The translations under genes were made by a program, and so were the position numbers. From positions 896,001 to 960,000 of the forward strand of contig OZ240245.1 in assembly GCA_965198175.1 (NCBI GenBank): a stretch of 64,000 nucleotides of DNA, read 5' to 3'. Within the stretch, counting starts at the first letter, position 1, and each line of letters opens with the position of its first letter. Of the stretch, positions 33,442 to 44,352 are shown piece by piece. The stretch is from Candidatus Poribacteria bacterium (lineage in GTDB: Bacteria > Poribacteria > WGA-4E > PCPOR2b). Below the pieces are notes generated by a model. The model was not told the DNA's origin. It was given only the letters and a program-made list of their open reading frames with translations, and made no database searches.

Positions 33442-35100
33442 TCAATCCCCCGTAGGCTCCAGAACAATCCGAAATTGCGCATCGACAATCGCACCGTCAG
33501 AGTCAATCACAGCGGTGATCGCGCCAAGTGACTCCAGTGGAAAAAGGTTCTTTGCTATGCGCGTTATCAACGCTGAATCAATGCCTTGACCTAAAGCAGA
33601 TGCAATCAACCCGAGTATCGGGGTGAGACGCTTTAGTTGGGGAATGAAACGGTTGGGTTGGATATAAATATGACTTTCGCCGCGCCGATTAGTTGAATCA
33701 GGAAATTCAGTTTCAGATAACGCCCTCTCTCGTCCTGAAAAAGCGTCAATGGCAGTTTTCAATCCATCAAGCGTTGAGCTGATTATCCAATAATTATCAA
33801 CCATCGCACAGCCGCCCGTAATGGCGAACAGAAATCCGAAACGAAGCTGGACAGGATAAATCTCTGTTCCGTGATAATCTTGAGGTTTAAGAAATTGGAG
33901 CGGCATGCCGTCAATGGTGGTTTTACCGTTCCGCAGTTTCGTCAAATCCGCTGCAAAATTAGGGCGATCGCTGATTGTGAGAATTAGCAGCGCCGTAGGG
34001 ATTGGCGTCGGTTTTTCGCGCTTAGCGTCAAGCAGTGCGAGCGCAAACTCTGATTCGAGATGAAGTGAGAGTTCAATTCGGTTCCCCTGATATTGGATAA
34101 ACGGGACGGACTCTGTCGGCGTCCACAACGCTATGAAATCTTCGTCCCTGCTTACGCCAAGGAACGTCGTGGCTGCCGGAAGAATCGATAGTAGCTTTTC
34201 ATCGATTGGACGTAAATCTTTCGGCGGCTCTCGTCTGACCGGGTGGCGGCTTGTGTCTCCCACGAACCGGTGTCGAGAGTGGATAACGCCATTCTCATAT
34301 CGATTACCGACGCTCCACACATTGACGGGCGCTAAGCGCGGCTTGAGTTCATCGTCGAATGCAAAGGCTTGGGTAAATCTGGAAAAATCGACAAAAACTG
34401 TGCTTCCGTCCGCATCGTACTGTTGGCGCATGTATTCCCCGGCTCGATGGTAACTTATGAAATTCTTCGTCCCTTCTGCATGGATATCGATTGTCTCCTT
34501 GATTAAAAATTTGTCGAGTCCCAACAGACCTACCTTGCCGATAAAGGCGTAACTGAAATCACGCGGATAGCCGGTAATCGTGTTAATATCAATTCCCCTG
34601 TAGTGCTCCTTGATCCGCTTGTATTTCGGGTTGACCAGATCTGTCGCTGTGAGTGCCGCAATCTCTAACTTCTCTTTTGCCCCAACAAGGCTAATTAGCA
34701 GGAATGAAATCTCGTCTCCGCGATCGTAAAGGCTCAAAATCGCTTCTTCTCCAAAGTAGCCTTTGAGCGCCTTGAGATTCAACTCCCCACCCATTTCATA
34801 TTCCCAACGCTCTTTCTGATAGACAACCTGGCGCCACCACAATTCTCGTTGGATTTCCGCAAGGACAGGTATCGTCGTCGTCTGCTTGCCAAACTCGCTG
34901 CGCCCAAAGGTCTCAACAAATCCCCCGAGATCTTTAATACTCAGATAGGAGATTGGCGCATCGGGAAGCAGGCTGAGCAAACTCTGATCTGGCTCCCGAA
35001 GTGAAGTCAAACGATAAAATATTGCTAGCGTGACTAGCAGGACCAGGAGCCCGCCAATCAAACTGAGAAGAAGCCATCTTTTGGAAAGCAGAATCCGCAT
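33442..35100 (-). CDS. hypothetical N-terminally anchored protein (DUF3352-like)
   Basis: 552-aa ORF; TM helix followed by LLP..P/LLSILP repeats. Confidence 0.65.
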   Translation of the reverse strand: MRILLSKRWLLLSLIGGLLVLLVTLAIFYRLTSLREPDQSLLSLLPDAPISYLSIKDLGGFVETFGRSEFGKQTTTIPVLAEIQRELWWRQVVYQKERWEYEMGGELNLKALKGYFGEEAILSLYDRGDEISFLLISLVGAKEKLEIAALTATDLVNPKYKRIKEHYRGIDINTITGYPRDFSYAFIGKVGLLGLDKFLIKETIDIHAEGTKNFISYHRAGEYMRQQYDADGSTVFVDFSRFTQAFAFDDELKPRLAPVNVWSVGNRYENGVIHSRHRFVGDTSRHPVRREPPKDLRPIDEKLLSILPAATTFLGVSRDEDFIALWTPTESVPFIQYQGNRIELSLHLESEFALALLDAKREKPTPIPTALLILTISDRPNFAADLTKLRNGKTTIDGMPLQFLKPQDYHGTEIYPVQLRFGFLFAITGGCAMVDNYWIISSTLDGLKTAIDAFSGRERALSETEFPDSTNRRGESHIYIQPNRFIPQLKRLTPILGLIASALGQGIDSALITRIAKNLFPLESLGAITAVIDSDGAIVDAQFRIVLEPTGD

Positions 35101-35200
35101 TGAAGAATCTCTTACCTCAATCCCGTTTAGCTCATGTTAAGAAATCACGCATCTAGACCTTAATTCCACGGGTTGCCAACACGCATCGAGTCTGACGTGC

Positions 35201-36616
35201 TTATTTCTGGAATGAACTGCCCTTCTTGATTGCCCACAATGTCTTGAGAAGGATTTTGATGTCAAAGCCGAGCGACCAGTTTTCAATGTAGTACAAATCG
35301 TAGCGAAGTCGTTCATCCAGTGAAGTATTTCCACGGAGTCCATTGACTTGCGCCCAACCCGTTAGACCGCATTTCACCCGATGCCGATCTAAGTAGTGAG
35401 GGAAGGATTTGCTAAAATCATCAATCAATCCCGACATCTCTGGTCGAGGTCCCACAAGACTCATATCCCCCCTGAATACATTGTAAAGTTGAGGAAGCTC
35501 GTCCAGACCCCAACGCCTCATGAAACGCCCGAGCCAGGTTTGACGTGGATCGTTCGGCGCAGCCCATGTATGTCCAATTCCCGCTTCTGCATCTTGCCGC
35601 ATAGATCTAAATTTGTAGATGCGAAAGGCTGTCCCATCCCTGCCAATCCGTTCCTGACGGAAAATGACTGACCCTGAAGATGTGAGCTTCACCGCAATCG
35701 CAATCGCAAGCATAACGGGGCTCAAAATAACCAGAGCGAAGGCGCTCAAAACGATGTCTATTCCCTGCTTGATCAGTCCACGCCAGCCTTGTAGTGGAAG
35801 CTCCTTCAACTGAACAACCGGAATCCCATCAAATTCCACCACATGTGTCTTCCCAATCATAACTTCGTAGAGATCTGGGAGAACCCGAATCTGAACAGGC
35901 AGCCCTTCGCAATCATGCACAATCTGTAGAATCTCTTCATGAGAGATTGCCGGTGAAGTGATAAACAGTTCGTTAATCTGATATTTTTGAACAAGGCTTC
36001 GCACCTCGGTTGTCTCACCGAGGACATGCTGTGGAATTGGCTGTGACGGTAGTTGCTTACCGAGAATGACACCCAGAAATTGATAGCTGTTCCGCGTTTT
36101 TGCTTGGATAGACTGGATGAGTTGCCTCGTTGTCGTGTTGAAACCGACAACAGCGACTTGACTCACACCAATACCGAACCGCTGCATCGCGTGCTTAAAA
36201 CGCTGAATCGCGAGGCGATTTAAGTAGAGAAAAACGACGCTCATCCCGCACGCCAAAAGCATGACCCAGCGGGAATATTCGTGCTGATGGTAGAAGAAAA
36301 AGACCGCGCCAAGCGTTGAGATTAGCGCAATGCCTGAAGCCTTCAGAAGAGTTAACCCAGTTTCCAGCGTGACCTCGTTCTCGATCCGGTAAAGTCCCAA
36401 TCCCCGAAGTGTCAATGTCCAGATGAACCCGTTTAAGGGGATAATCTGAAAATAGAAGGCGATCGGCGGACTGCCCCCCTTGTGGATGGCGACCGCATGT
36501 AGCCAGCCCGATTCAAATCTGAGCCAGTAAGCGATGCGGATCGATATTCCAATGAGACAGAGGTCAATGATGACCGTTAAGGCAGTTAGGAGTTGATAGA
36601 GTGTTTTATTCGGCAT
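35201..36616 (-). CDS. undecaprenyl-phosphate glucose phosphotransferase (WcaJ family)
   Basis: FRQERIG, YKFRSM, LDELPQL.NV..GDMSLVGPRPE, GLTGWAQVNG. Confidence 0.92.
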   Translation of the reverse strand: MPNKTLYQLLTALTVIIDLCLIGISIRIAYWLRFESGWLHAVAIHKGGSPPIAFYFQIIPLNGFIWTLTLRGLGLYRIENEVTLETGLTLLKASGIALISTLGAVFFFYHQHEYSRWVMLLACGMSVVFLYLNRLAIQRFKHAMQRFGIGVSQVAVVGFNTTTRQLIQSIQAKTRNSYQFLGVILGKQLPSQPIPQHVLGETTEVRSLVQKYQINELFITSPAISHEEILQIVHDCEGLPVQIRVLPDLYEVMIGKTHVVEFDGIPVVQLKELPLQGWRGLIKQGIDIVLSAFALVILSPVMLAIAIAVKLTSSGSVIFRQERIGRDGTAFRIYKFRSMRQDAEAGIGHTWAAPNDPRQTWLGRFMRRWGLDELPQLYNVFRGDMSLVGPRPEMSGLIDDFSKSFPHYLDRHRVKCGLTGWAQVNGLRGNTSLDERLRYDLYYIENWSLGFDIKILLKTLWAIKKGSSFQK

Positions 36617-37096
36617 GTTTCTTTCTTCATCTGAAGATATATGAACTTCATGAAATTGTACCAAAGGAACGCCCCTCCATCAACCATAAACTTCCACAGT
36701 TGATTTTCCCCCGCAGGGCGCGAATCAACATCTCCTTGCACTTGTCGTATAAGGCCCTTCAGTAGCACTGCCAAGTATTGGTTGGAAATTCACGAGTAAA
36801 GGTGATATAATCACACATACTGAATCAGATGCTTCTGAAAGGTGAGGACTCCTCAATCCTATCGCCGTAAACTTGCGTCTTTCATTTCCGTGTCCGGGAG
36901 AAAGAAACAGAAGCCAGAAATAGTTGACACGGTTAGCTGAATATGAAAGAACAAAGACATACCAGTTTGGTTCGTGAAGAACATTACGAACCAGACATAA
37001 CGACCAGTAAATACCAACGGCTCGCGATTGGGAAATGAATATTATGGACTGGACGAATCATCAAGGGGCATTAAATACATAAACGGAGCTTTCAGC

Positions 37097-37915
37097 ATGC
37101 AACTCACGACACAACAACTCAACTACTTTCACACCTTCGGCTTTTTGGTTTTCCCCGAACTATTTGGTCCGGATGAGGTCGCTTGGATTACCGATGAGTT
37201 CGAGAAAGTTATCCAGACCTGCAGTGATGGTAAGATGCACGATCAATCGAAGCGGACCATGATTGTCCCGACCATCGATCACAGCGAACGGCTCTGCACG
37301 CTGCTCGATGATGCCCGCATCGAAGGAATCGCCTCCGGCATTTTGGGAGATGACTTCAACTACGCTTCCGGCGACGGCAACTACTATTCCGGCGATACTG
37401 ATTGGCACGCTGACGGGGGCTATACCGAACTCTTCGCAATCAAGATGGCGTTCTACCTCGACCCGCTGAACCGCAACACCGGAAGCCTTCGCGTGATTCC
37501 CGGCAGCCATCGCCCCGACTCCTTTTGGCGGGCTGGGGATATCCATCCTAGGAACGCGCAGGATTTGTGGGGGCTTCCGCCGTCTGAGATTCCTGGGGCT
37601 TTCGCAGTAGAGACGCGTCCGGGAGATTTGGTGGTTTTCTACCACGACATTCTTCACGCCTCGTTTGGCGGATCACCCCGACGGCGAATGTTCACGATGA
37701 ACCTGAATAAGCACGCAACGACCGAGAGCGAATTGGCGCGTATTGACGAATATCTCCGCTACCACTGCCCCGTCGCCCACGGATTCAAAATTGGTGGCAT
37801 GTACACTGCCCTGATGCTCGATACCGCAAGTCCACTGCGGATGCGTCACCTCGCTCAGTTGCACGTCCGGCATGGGGTGGTGCACCCGAACGATACCCGC
37901 CATTTACGAGAATAG
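37097..37915 (+). CDS. PhyH-family Fe(II)/2OG dioxygenase
   Basis: FHTFGFLVF, WHAD, GSLRVIPGSH, ILHAS, RRMF. Confidence 0.9.
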   Translation: MQLTTQQLNYFHTFGFLVFPELFGPDEVAWITDEFEKVIQTCSDGKMHDQSKRTMIVPTIDHSERLCTLLDDARIEGIASGILGDDFNYASGDGNYYSGDTDWHADGGYTELFAIKMAFYLDPLNRNTGSLRVIPGSHRPDSFWRAGDIHPRNAQDLWGLPPSEIPGAFAVETRPGDLVVFYHDILHASFGGSPRRRMFTMNLNKHATTESELARIDEYLRYHCPVAHGFKIGGMYTALMLDTASPLRMRHLAQLHVRHGVVHPNDTRHLRE

Positions 37916-38016
37916 GATCGTCAGCTTACGGACCTCCCCGCGGCGAGCATTCTCATCATCCTCTCGTTTTCTTTCATTTCCGCAAGATGTGTGGGAACGC
38001 GCATTCTACAATCTGG

Positions 38017-38058
38017 CAATACGCTTGTATCTGAATTCAAATATGGGTAAAATTTTAC
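38017..38058 (+). promoter_or_regulatory. sigma70-like promoter, paralogous to 41366-41407
   Basis: TTGTAT-N17-TAAAAT; 35/42 identical to the second copy. Confidence 0.6.
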
Positions 38059-38248
38059 GGACTTAGCAGTTACGGGTTTGTGGATCAAATTTCGAATGTT
38101 TTCCAGGTCTCAAGGAGGTGGCTCTGCACACCCTCTGAAATGTCCGCTGTTCGTAATTATCGAACATAACCCGACTTTGACTGGTGAGCGGCAATCTCTT
38201 TTGCGCCGAACACTGGCAATTAATCACTTACCAAAAAAAGGGGAAGCG

Positions 38249-38698
38249 ATGAGATACTTCTTTATCAACACTGATGTTAATACGCTGGATTATAGTCCTC
38301 ATGCGACGTGGATTAAACATGATCATGCCTTCACCGCAGGGGATTATGAAAAATATGGGGAACAGGGACTGGGAGCTCTGGAACCGGGCGATGTTCTTTT
38401 CATGTATGTGAATGATGTCGGCGTTGTTGCGGCGGGCGAAGTTACTGCGCCGTGGACGGGCGACAGCTGCAGTGGCAAGGATCGGTTGGTATATCGGCGG
38501 TGCAAGGATGAATTGATAGAATTTCGAATTCCTGTGGACTGGTTTCTTCCGACGGTGAACAATCCGATTAGTATAGTAGAATTGAAGGAACGCGACGACG
38601 GTTGGACGCCGTCGAGAGCGGTCCATCATATCACAAATGAAGTCTTCGCAACGCGCCTCCTCGAAGAAGTTCAGAAAAGGGCGTCAAGGAGCTGGTAA
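38249..38698 (+). CDS. hypothetical protein, EVE/PUA-like domain
   Basis: YFFINT, LEPGDVLFMY....GVVAAGEV, IPVDW. Confidence 0.6.
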   Translation: MRYFFINTDVNTLDYSPHATWIKHDHAFTAGDYEKYGEQGLGALEPGDVLFMYVNDVGVVAAGEVTAPWTGDSCSGKDRLVYRRCKDELIEFRIPVDWFLPTVNNPISIVELKERDDGWTPSRAVHHITNEVFATRLLEEVQKRASRSW

Positions 38699-38806
38699 GG
38701 CGGACCGCAATCAATCACACGGCGTTGACCCATAGTCAATGGATACCAGACGCTAGCGACGTTCGCGGATACATGTCAAGAGAAGAAAGTTTCCTTTTTC
38801 TCGGCA

Positions 38807-38950
38807 GTGCCGGCAAACACGCGGTGGGCGTATAAGGGTGCTGTTGACAAATTCACGACGTGGCTTGACGGACGGACGCTCGACGACGGGCTGCTGGCGG
38901 AATATATACGGTACTTGCACGAAGAAGGGAAATCGCTGTCGACGGTGGTG
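38807..38950 (+). pseudogene. truncated tyrosine recombinase N-terminal (SAM-like) fragment
   Basis: NTRWAY...FTTWLDGRTLDDGLLAEYIRYLHEEGKSLSTV, then unrelated sequence; no catalytic domain. Confidence 0.65.
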
Positions 38951-39775
38951 TTAATGCCGCCTCCTCTTTTGTGTCGTGTTTTTCACCGATTAGTGAATCT
39001 AGTCATTGATGTCGGTCTCGGTTAACGTCCACTCGTCCGCCGTAGGCTTTCGCGACGCAAAGGGCAATTATGCGGGGGCGCTTTCGTCGGCTGGATTCGT
39101 TTCATTGGCTGGGATCACAATGGTTTCATCCTGCTGTGGATATTGTCCTTCCCGGTATTGCGGTGGGTTCGCTTCGTTGCCGAAAATGATGTGTTCGCGG
39201 GGTTCATCGTATCACATAGTGGCATCACCAGAGACATCACGACGTTGTGGGGTTAGGCAGCGCGGGCGCTTGATGATTAAGGGATTCAGCTTCAATAGTT
39301 AAAGAAAGCGCTCAGATGAGAAAATGGAAGGTAAGAATGGGAAACTGGCTTATAGGTTGTGGTTCAGCCACGAGTGCAATAGGTGCGGTGGTGTTTCAAT
39401 TGCTCAACCACAGGATAAATGCTTAGCGCTTGGACTCCTCGGAAGTTACTTCGCCTTTTTCACTAAACGTATCATTTGCTCGGTGAGAGTGCGTTTCAGA
39501 GTCAAAGATGGTTTCTGTCGTTCCTTCAAGAGCGGCTTCCATCGTCGCAATATCGGCTTGCAATCTCTTTCTATGTTCCATTAGGAATGCAAGATGTTCC
39601 TCATCATCAAGTAGAAGAATAGATTAGTGACACCGTCTTATTATAATGGTAGTTCCCCATGTACCACAAGAGCCCATTGTCGAGAAGTACGCACATTACG
39701 CAAATTACTGCGATTCGAATGGCATGTTTCAATATTCTCATTGCGGTTCACCTCAACGCGCCAAATCAGGATCGG

Positions 39776-40627
39776 TTATTTGATAAGCTGGAATCGTCTC
39801 ATTTGATGTTCGCGCGCTGCGCCGACAAGCTCGTTTCCGGTCTTGTCAAGGAAAATGATGTCGATGTACCACGGTATCTTTTTATTTGGAGCCTGCCCCG
39901 ATCCGCGATGGTGCAGTTCCTGCAGCACCCATTGCGGGACACGGCTTGCGTGTGTAGAGATAGCGTTGCCATCCGTTTGGATGTAAACAGTCCACATTCG
40001 ATTGGGGATAAAGACGCCTTCTTTCGACAACGACCCGCCGCCCACTCGCCAATCTTTGGCGCTTGCTTCCTTGACGAGTCTATCGAGTTTAACACTAGTC
40101 TGAATCTCCGCTTCAACCACCTCATCCCAAGATGCATCTGCGTTCAGATTCAGGCGATCTTTCGTTTGGATGAGATTTTCGGGGTCATTATGAGCGTGCC
40201 AGAGCAACGCACGGGTACTCAGGCAACCTGAATAATCGCTATAGTCATCAATGGCAATATCCATTTCCAAGTATTTCTGTAGCCATTCATCAGTGGGAAA
40301 CAGCTTTTCGATGTCTAAGTGACTGTTACCTACTGATTTTCTGTGCTTAGCGTCAAACTTCAGCATAATTGCTTGGACTTCAGCACTAGCATCGGCAATC
40401 ATGGGTAAATACACGCTGAGAAAACCTCGCATATCGGAAGTGAATTTGGCTTCGGTAAATGCGTTTTTACTCGTGGCGGGTGTCGTAGGGTCGGCAAAGA
40501 TCGCTTCCAGCACCACTTGGAGATTCTGCTCTGGCGTCGGTTCGCATGAATTTAAGAATAGCAAAACGGATCCAACTCCAGCAACCAAAAATATCCTTAT
40601 TAACGGTAGTCTCGATGTCCGTGTCAT
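39776..40627 (-). CDS. hypothetical lipoprotein
   Basis: long ORF; signal peptide with LNSC lipobox-like motif. Confidence 0.6.
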   Translation of the reverse strand: MTRTSRLPLIRIFLVAGVGSVLLFLNSCEPTPEQNLQVVLEAIFADPTTPATSKNAFTEAKFTSDMRGFLSVYLPMIADASAEVQAIMLKFDAKHRKSVGNSHLDIEKLFPTDEWLQKYLEMDIAIDDYSDYSGCLSTRALLWHAHNDPENLIQTKDRLNLNADASWDEVVEAEIQTSVKLDRLVKEASAKDWRVGGGSLSKEGVFIPNRMWTVYIQTDGNAISTHASRVPQWVLQELHHRGSGQAPNKKIPWYIDIIFLDKTGNELVGAAREHQMRRFQLIK

Positions 40628-40697
40628 GCTTTCACCTACTTTTGTGCGTAGCAGTAGTGTGTGCCTCACATCACAAAGCAATTATGCAGTATTGTGC

Positions 40698-41204
40698 TCA
40701 ATACTCGATTCGTTCCAAAATCGAACGTGCGTTCTCAGCATCCCACTTACAATCTTGTGTAAGATAAATGAGAATCGCATCTTCCATAGGTATATCGAGA
40801 CGCCGTTGGTGGCCACGTATTAGTCTAGCAGCTTCCATGGCGCTAGAGACCGAATGACTGAGTTCTGGAATAGTCATCAGCGAATTTCGGAGCTTGTCCT
40901 TGGGCGGCGGGTTACTTGCTCTCTTGGAGTATTCTTCAACTAACTTTTCAAGTTGTTTGGTTCTGCCAGGATCTGACCGAAGAAAGCTGTCAATTGCACG
41001 TTTTTTGTTGATTCGTGTATGCGGATGCGCGGCAGGATCGGTGTAAATTGTAACAGCACCAATTTCAGCGTGAGTCTCGTTGGTTTGCAGTAGTCTATCT
41101 TCTTCGTCCGCTGCCACATCCGTCCGGTCTGATAGTCGATTAGCGCAGCCGGTGCCGACTATCAAACATATCACGATTGTAAGCAACGCCGTCATTCGTG
41201 TCAT
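40698..41204 (-). CDS. hypothetical lipoprotein
   Basis: GGAGGAGGAG SD; GTGC lipobox-like motif. Confidence 0.65.
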   Translation of the reverse strand: MTRMTALLTIVICLIVGTGCANRLSDRTDVAADEEDRLLQTNETHAEIGAVTIYTDPAAHPHTRINKKRAIDSFLRSDPGRTKQLEKLVEEYSKRASNPPPKDKLRNSLMTIPELSHSVSSAMEAARLIRGHQRRLDIPMEDAILIYLTQDCKWDAENARSILERIEY

Positions 41205-41365
41205 TTTGTCTCCTCCTCCATTTTCCCGCTAACAATCCCAGATACGCTGCTTCAATAGGCACTCTTTTTTCCGAGATTCTCTGCTTGCAAAGCGACCTCA
41301 TCGAAGAACACGCTGTAAAATAGTAACACGCAGCACCTTAAGTGTCAAGATTATGACAGTCGGAA

Positions 41366-41407
41366 CAATACGCTTGTATTTGTATTGGAATCTAGGTATA
41401 ATTTTAC
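41366..41407 (+). promoter_or_regulatory. sigma70-like promoter of the cupin genes
   Basis: TTGTAT-N17-TATAAT. Confidence 0.65.
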
Positions 41408-41509
41408 TCGTTGCTAAGGGTGCAACTGAACCCTTACACTTTACTCAATCAACTCAACACTACCTACCGCCCGCCCGAGTGAGGCGAGAGATGTTTAAGG
41501 AGAAGACTT

Positions 41510-41911
41510 ATGAAGAAATACATACGTACACCGGATGACGAGATGCGCTCTGGACAAATCTCTATCGCTGAATTGCATCCGGACGATCACAAGGATCAAC
41601 TGTCTTCATGGTTATTTGTAGGTCCAGACGAAATTCACGGTAAGTTTAACTTGGGTAACCTGGAATCGAAAAGATTGGAAATCTCTGTCGATACCTACAC
41701 CCCGGACGGTTACACGGAAGAGCACACCCATCCCGATAAGGAGCAAGCATATTACATCGTGTCCGGTCAGGCGAAAGCCACAGTCGGCGATGAGGAAGGC
41801 GTAATCGGCCCGGGCGGAGTTGTATATATCCCGCTGAACATGCCGCACGGGTTTGCCAATGCGGGCGATGAACCGTTAACGGTGGTTATAATCAGCAGTT
41901 ACGAACTATAG
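41510..41911 (+). CDS. cupin domain protein
   Basis: HTHPDKEQAYYIVSG ... IPLNMPHGFAN. Confidence 0.9.
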   Translation: MKKYIRTPDDEMRSGQISIAELHPDDHKDQLSSWLFVGPDEIHGKFNLGNLESKRLEISVDTYTPDGYTEEHTHPDKEQAYYIVSGQAKATVGDEEGVIGPGGVVYIPLNMPHGFANAGDEPLTVVIISSYEL

Positions 41912-41987
41912 AGTTTGATTTGCACCTTTGAAAAACTTAACTGTTTCAACCCAGCCGGTCTTTGAGATCAGGAGGGGAAACGCCTAC

Positions 41988-42647
41988 ATGAAGAAATATA
42001 TGCGCACCCCAGAAAACCCTGTGCTACCAATCACAGTCTTTTGGGAAAGACGATTTGGGAACCTTCCCTCAAGGGAATACCGGATCGGGAGGGCACTCAT
42101 CGGCCCAGATAGAATATTTGCCGAGTACAACCTCGGAAATATCAGCTCGAGCCGCATGCAGTTCGTTGTGCTTACCTATGAGGTGGGGGGCGGTCACGAC
42201 ATGCACGTACACGACGACAACGAACAAGCCTACTACATTGTCTCTGGTCAGGCTGCAATTGCGATTGGAGATGAGACATCGGTGATTGGACCGGGCGGCG
42301 TATCATTGATTGCATTGGGAATCCCGCACGGGTTCCACAATGCAGGGGACGACCTGCTAACCTTGCTGGATCTCCATAGTTACCAGTTCGACGACGTAAA
42401 CCCAAGTAAATTGGGGGTTGCGGAGGTGACCTATGGCCTGCAAGGAGGTGTCGATACACACGCTCACTCTGACCGCGAGAAAGCCTACTACATCATTTCG
42501 GGACAAGCGTGTGTCAAGGTTGGCGATGAGGAAGAGTTGTTGGGCGCGGGCGGTGTCGCATTTATTCCCCGAAACGTACCACATGCCTATCGCAACGAAG
42601 GCGGGGAACCGTTAAAGCTGGCGGTAGTCAGCAGCTACGATGTATAA
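41988..42647 (+). CDS. bicupin protein, paralog of the upstream gene
   Basis: two H.H...E.AYYI.SG ... PH.. motifs; same MKKY.RTP start. Confidence 0.88.
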   Translation: MKKYMRTPENPVLPITVFWERRFGNLPSREYRIGRALIGPDRIFAEYNLGNISSSRMQFVVLTYEVGGGHDMHVHDDNEQAYYIVSGQAAIAIGDETSVIGPGGVSLIALGIPHGFHNAGDDLLTLLDLHSYQFDDVNPSKLGVAEVTYGLQGGVDTHAHSDREKAYYIISGQACVKVGDEEELLGAGGVAFIPRNVPHAYRNEGGEPLKLAVVSSYDV

Positions 42648-42728
42648 ACCCGTTAGGGCTTTCCTATATTTGGAAAAAACACTTCAGTTAAGTTACGGCG
42701 AACCCGAAACATACACCGAACGGCGATT

Positions 42729-43460
42729 TTACTTCGCCTTTACCCGCTCGCTCAGTTCCGCCAGCCTGCGCTTGCACTCGTTCTGAGCCTCCGTAAGACC
42801 ATTTGGTGTCGCATCATTCTGGTCCAGATAGTTGAGCACGACGGCTTCTGCGGCGGCGAACTCGGCGCAGCAGTCAACCACCTCGCTGGCAATTTCGTTC
42901 GGGATTGTTGTGATGCCGTTGCAGTCACCGTAGAGAAGATCGCCGGGCACTATGGTGATGCCGCCCACATGGACGGGTATCCCGATGGCGGCAGTGTAGC
43001 CGTATCCGTGGGAAGAAATCGCGCCGTTGGTAAAGGCAGGAAAGTCGAGCGCCCGTACCTGATCGAGATCCCGTCCAGAACCGCTGGTCACGATTCCCAC
43101 AACGCCGAAGGTCTTGTACGACTTACACATGATATCGCCGAATGTCGCCGCTACCTTCGGCTCATCTAAGTCTTGGTACACCACCACAGCCGGCCCGGGC
43201 AGCACCTCAAAACTCTCCAATTGCTCCTCCAAACTCACCTGCGGGTCCCCTGCCCCCGGATCGCTTGCACACCGCCGCATCGCCGTAGAGGCGTACCCGA
43301 CCATCGGCGCCATCTCTGGGAAACAACACTTTATATGTTCGTTCATATAACCCACGTCTCGAGGACGCACATCGAATAGCTCGATGACGTTGCACACCGT
43401 TGGCGAGTCGTACTGCTTTAGCTGCTCTATCTCCTCTTTGGATAGTCCTTTGTTCGGCAT
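42729..43460 (-). CDS. RraA/HMG-aldolase family protein
   Basis: DSPTVCN, MVGYA, ATFGD, RDLDQV, PGDLLYGDCNG. Confidence 0.88.
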   Translation of the reverse strand: MPNKGLSKEEIEQLKQYDSPTVCNVIELFDVRPRDVGYMNEHIKCCFPEMAPMVGYASTAMRRCASDPGAGDPQVSLEEQLESFEVLPGPAVVVYQDLDEPKVAATFGDIMCKSYKTFGVVGIVTSGSGRDLDQVRALDFPAFTNGAISSHGYGYTAAIGIPVHVGGITIVPGDLLYGDCNGITTIPNEIASEVVDCCAEFAAAEAVVLNYLDQNDATPNGLTEAQNECKRRLAELSERVKAK

Positions 43461-43505
43461 TTTAGCCCTCCTGTTTCAATGTTAGTATGGATATTGGTCC
43501 TAGCG

Positions 43506-44352
43506 TCACTGCTGATCATACCATTTGGGATGTGTTCCATCAACATCTGTAAAACCGTACTCATCTGCCAGATTCTCTGCCCTCGTCACTTTTCCGGATT
43601 TATCCATCACATTTCGGTCAGTCGCAAGGGCAGCCACAGCCCGTCCAGCGAATTCTACCGATGCTGTTTTGTGGTATTCCTCCTTACTCGGCGCACTATT
43701 GGGGGGTATGCTATTCATCACCGCTTGTGTGCGTGTCCATCCGAGACCTAATGCAACCACTGCGATGTTGTACGCACGCAGGTCAACTGCCATTCCGGAG
43801 GCGATGCGGTTAATCGTGGCTTTGGCTATCTCGTAAAACAAGAAATCGCCCGTATATTCCCCGACATCTAGGGTGGTGTTGGCAATAAGCCCTTTACGTT
43901 GGGATAGTATCAGACGGACGGCAAAATAACTCGTTGCCATTGTTGACCACACGCCCGCTGAGTGCATTTTGTTCCAACGTTTAATCGACCATTCCCAGAA
44001 CGGTCAGTAAAAGGCACCATCGTGCTCTTCGTAGCCGCCCCACGCATTGTTAACCAAGATGTCGAGCTGACCGTGCTCACGTTTGACACGTTCAAATAAC
44101 GCTTCAACCTCCGCCTCGATAGTGTGGTCACAGCGTTCGGGTATACCCAACACCGCCCCGCTCGTTAATTTGCTCCGCTGTGTCATGGACGGTAGTATTG
44201 GGCAACTCTCGCCTAGTTGATGCGCCTCTAACACTTCTGCCGGTAACATAGACCGTTGCGCCTGCTTCCCCCAGTACCAGGGCAACACCACGACCGACAC
44301 CCCGACTCGCTCCTGTAACCACAGCTATCTTCCCTTTCAAGTCTTGCATCAT
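43506..44352 (-). pseudogene. SDR oxidoreductase (DHRS1-like) broken by two frameshifts
   Basis: TGASRGVG, DILVNNAWGG and YEIAK lie in three different minus-strand ORFs (44128-44367, 44004-44300, 43506-43967). Confidence 0.85.

Noticed and set aside
39006..39620. Plus-strand ORFs 39006-39302 and 39324-39584
   Set aside because: Composition is unprotein-like; the minus strand shows stop-interrupted fragments, more consistent with unidentifiable gene debris.
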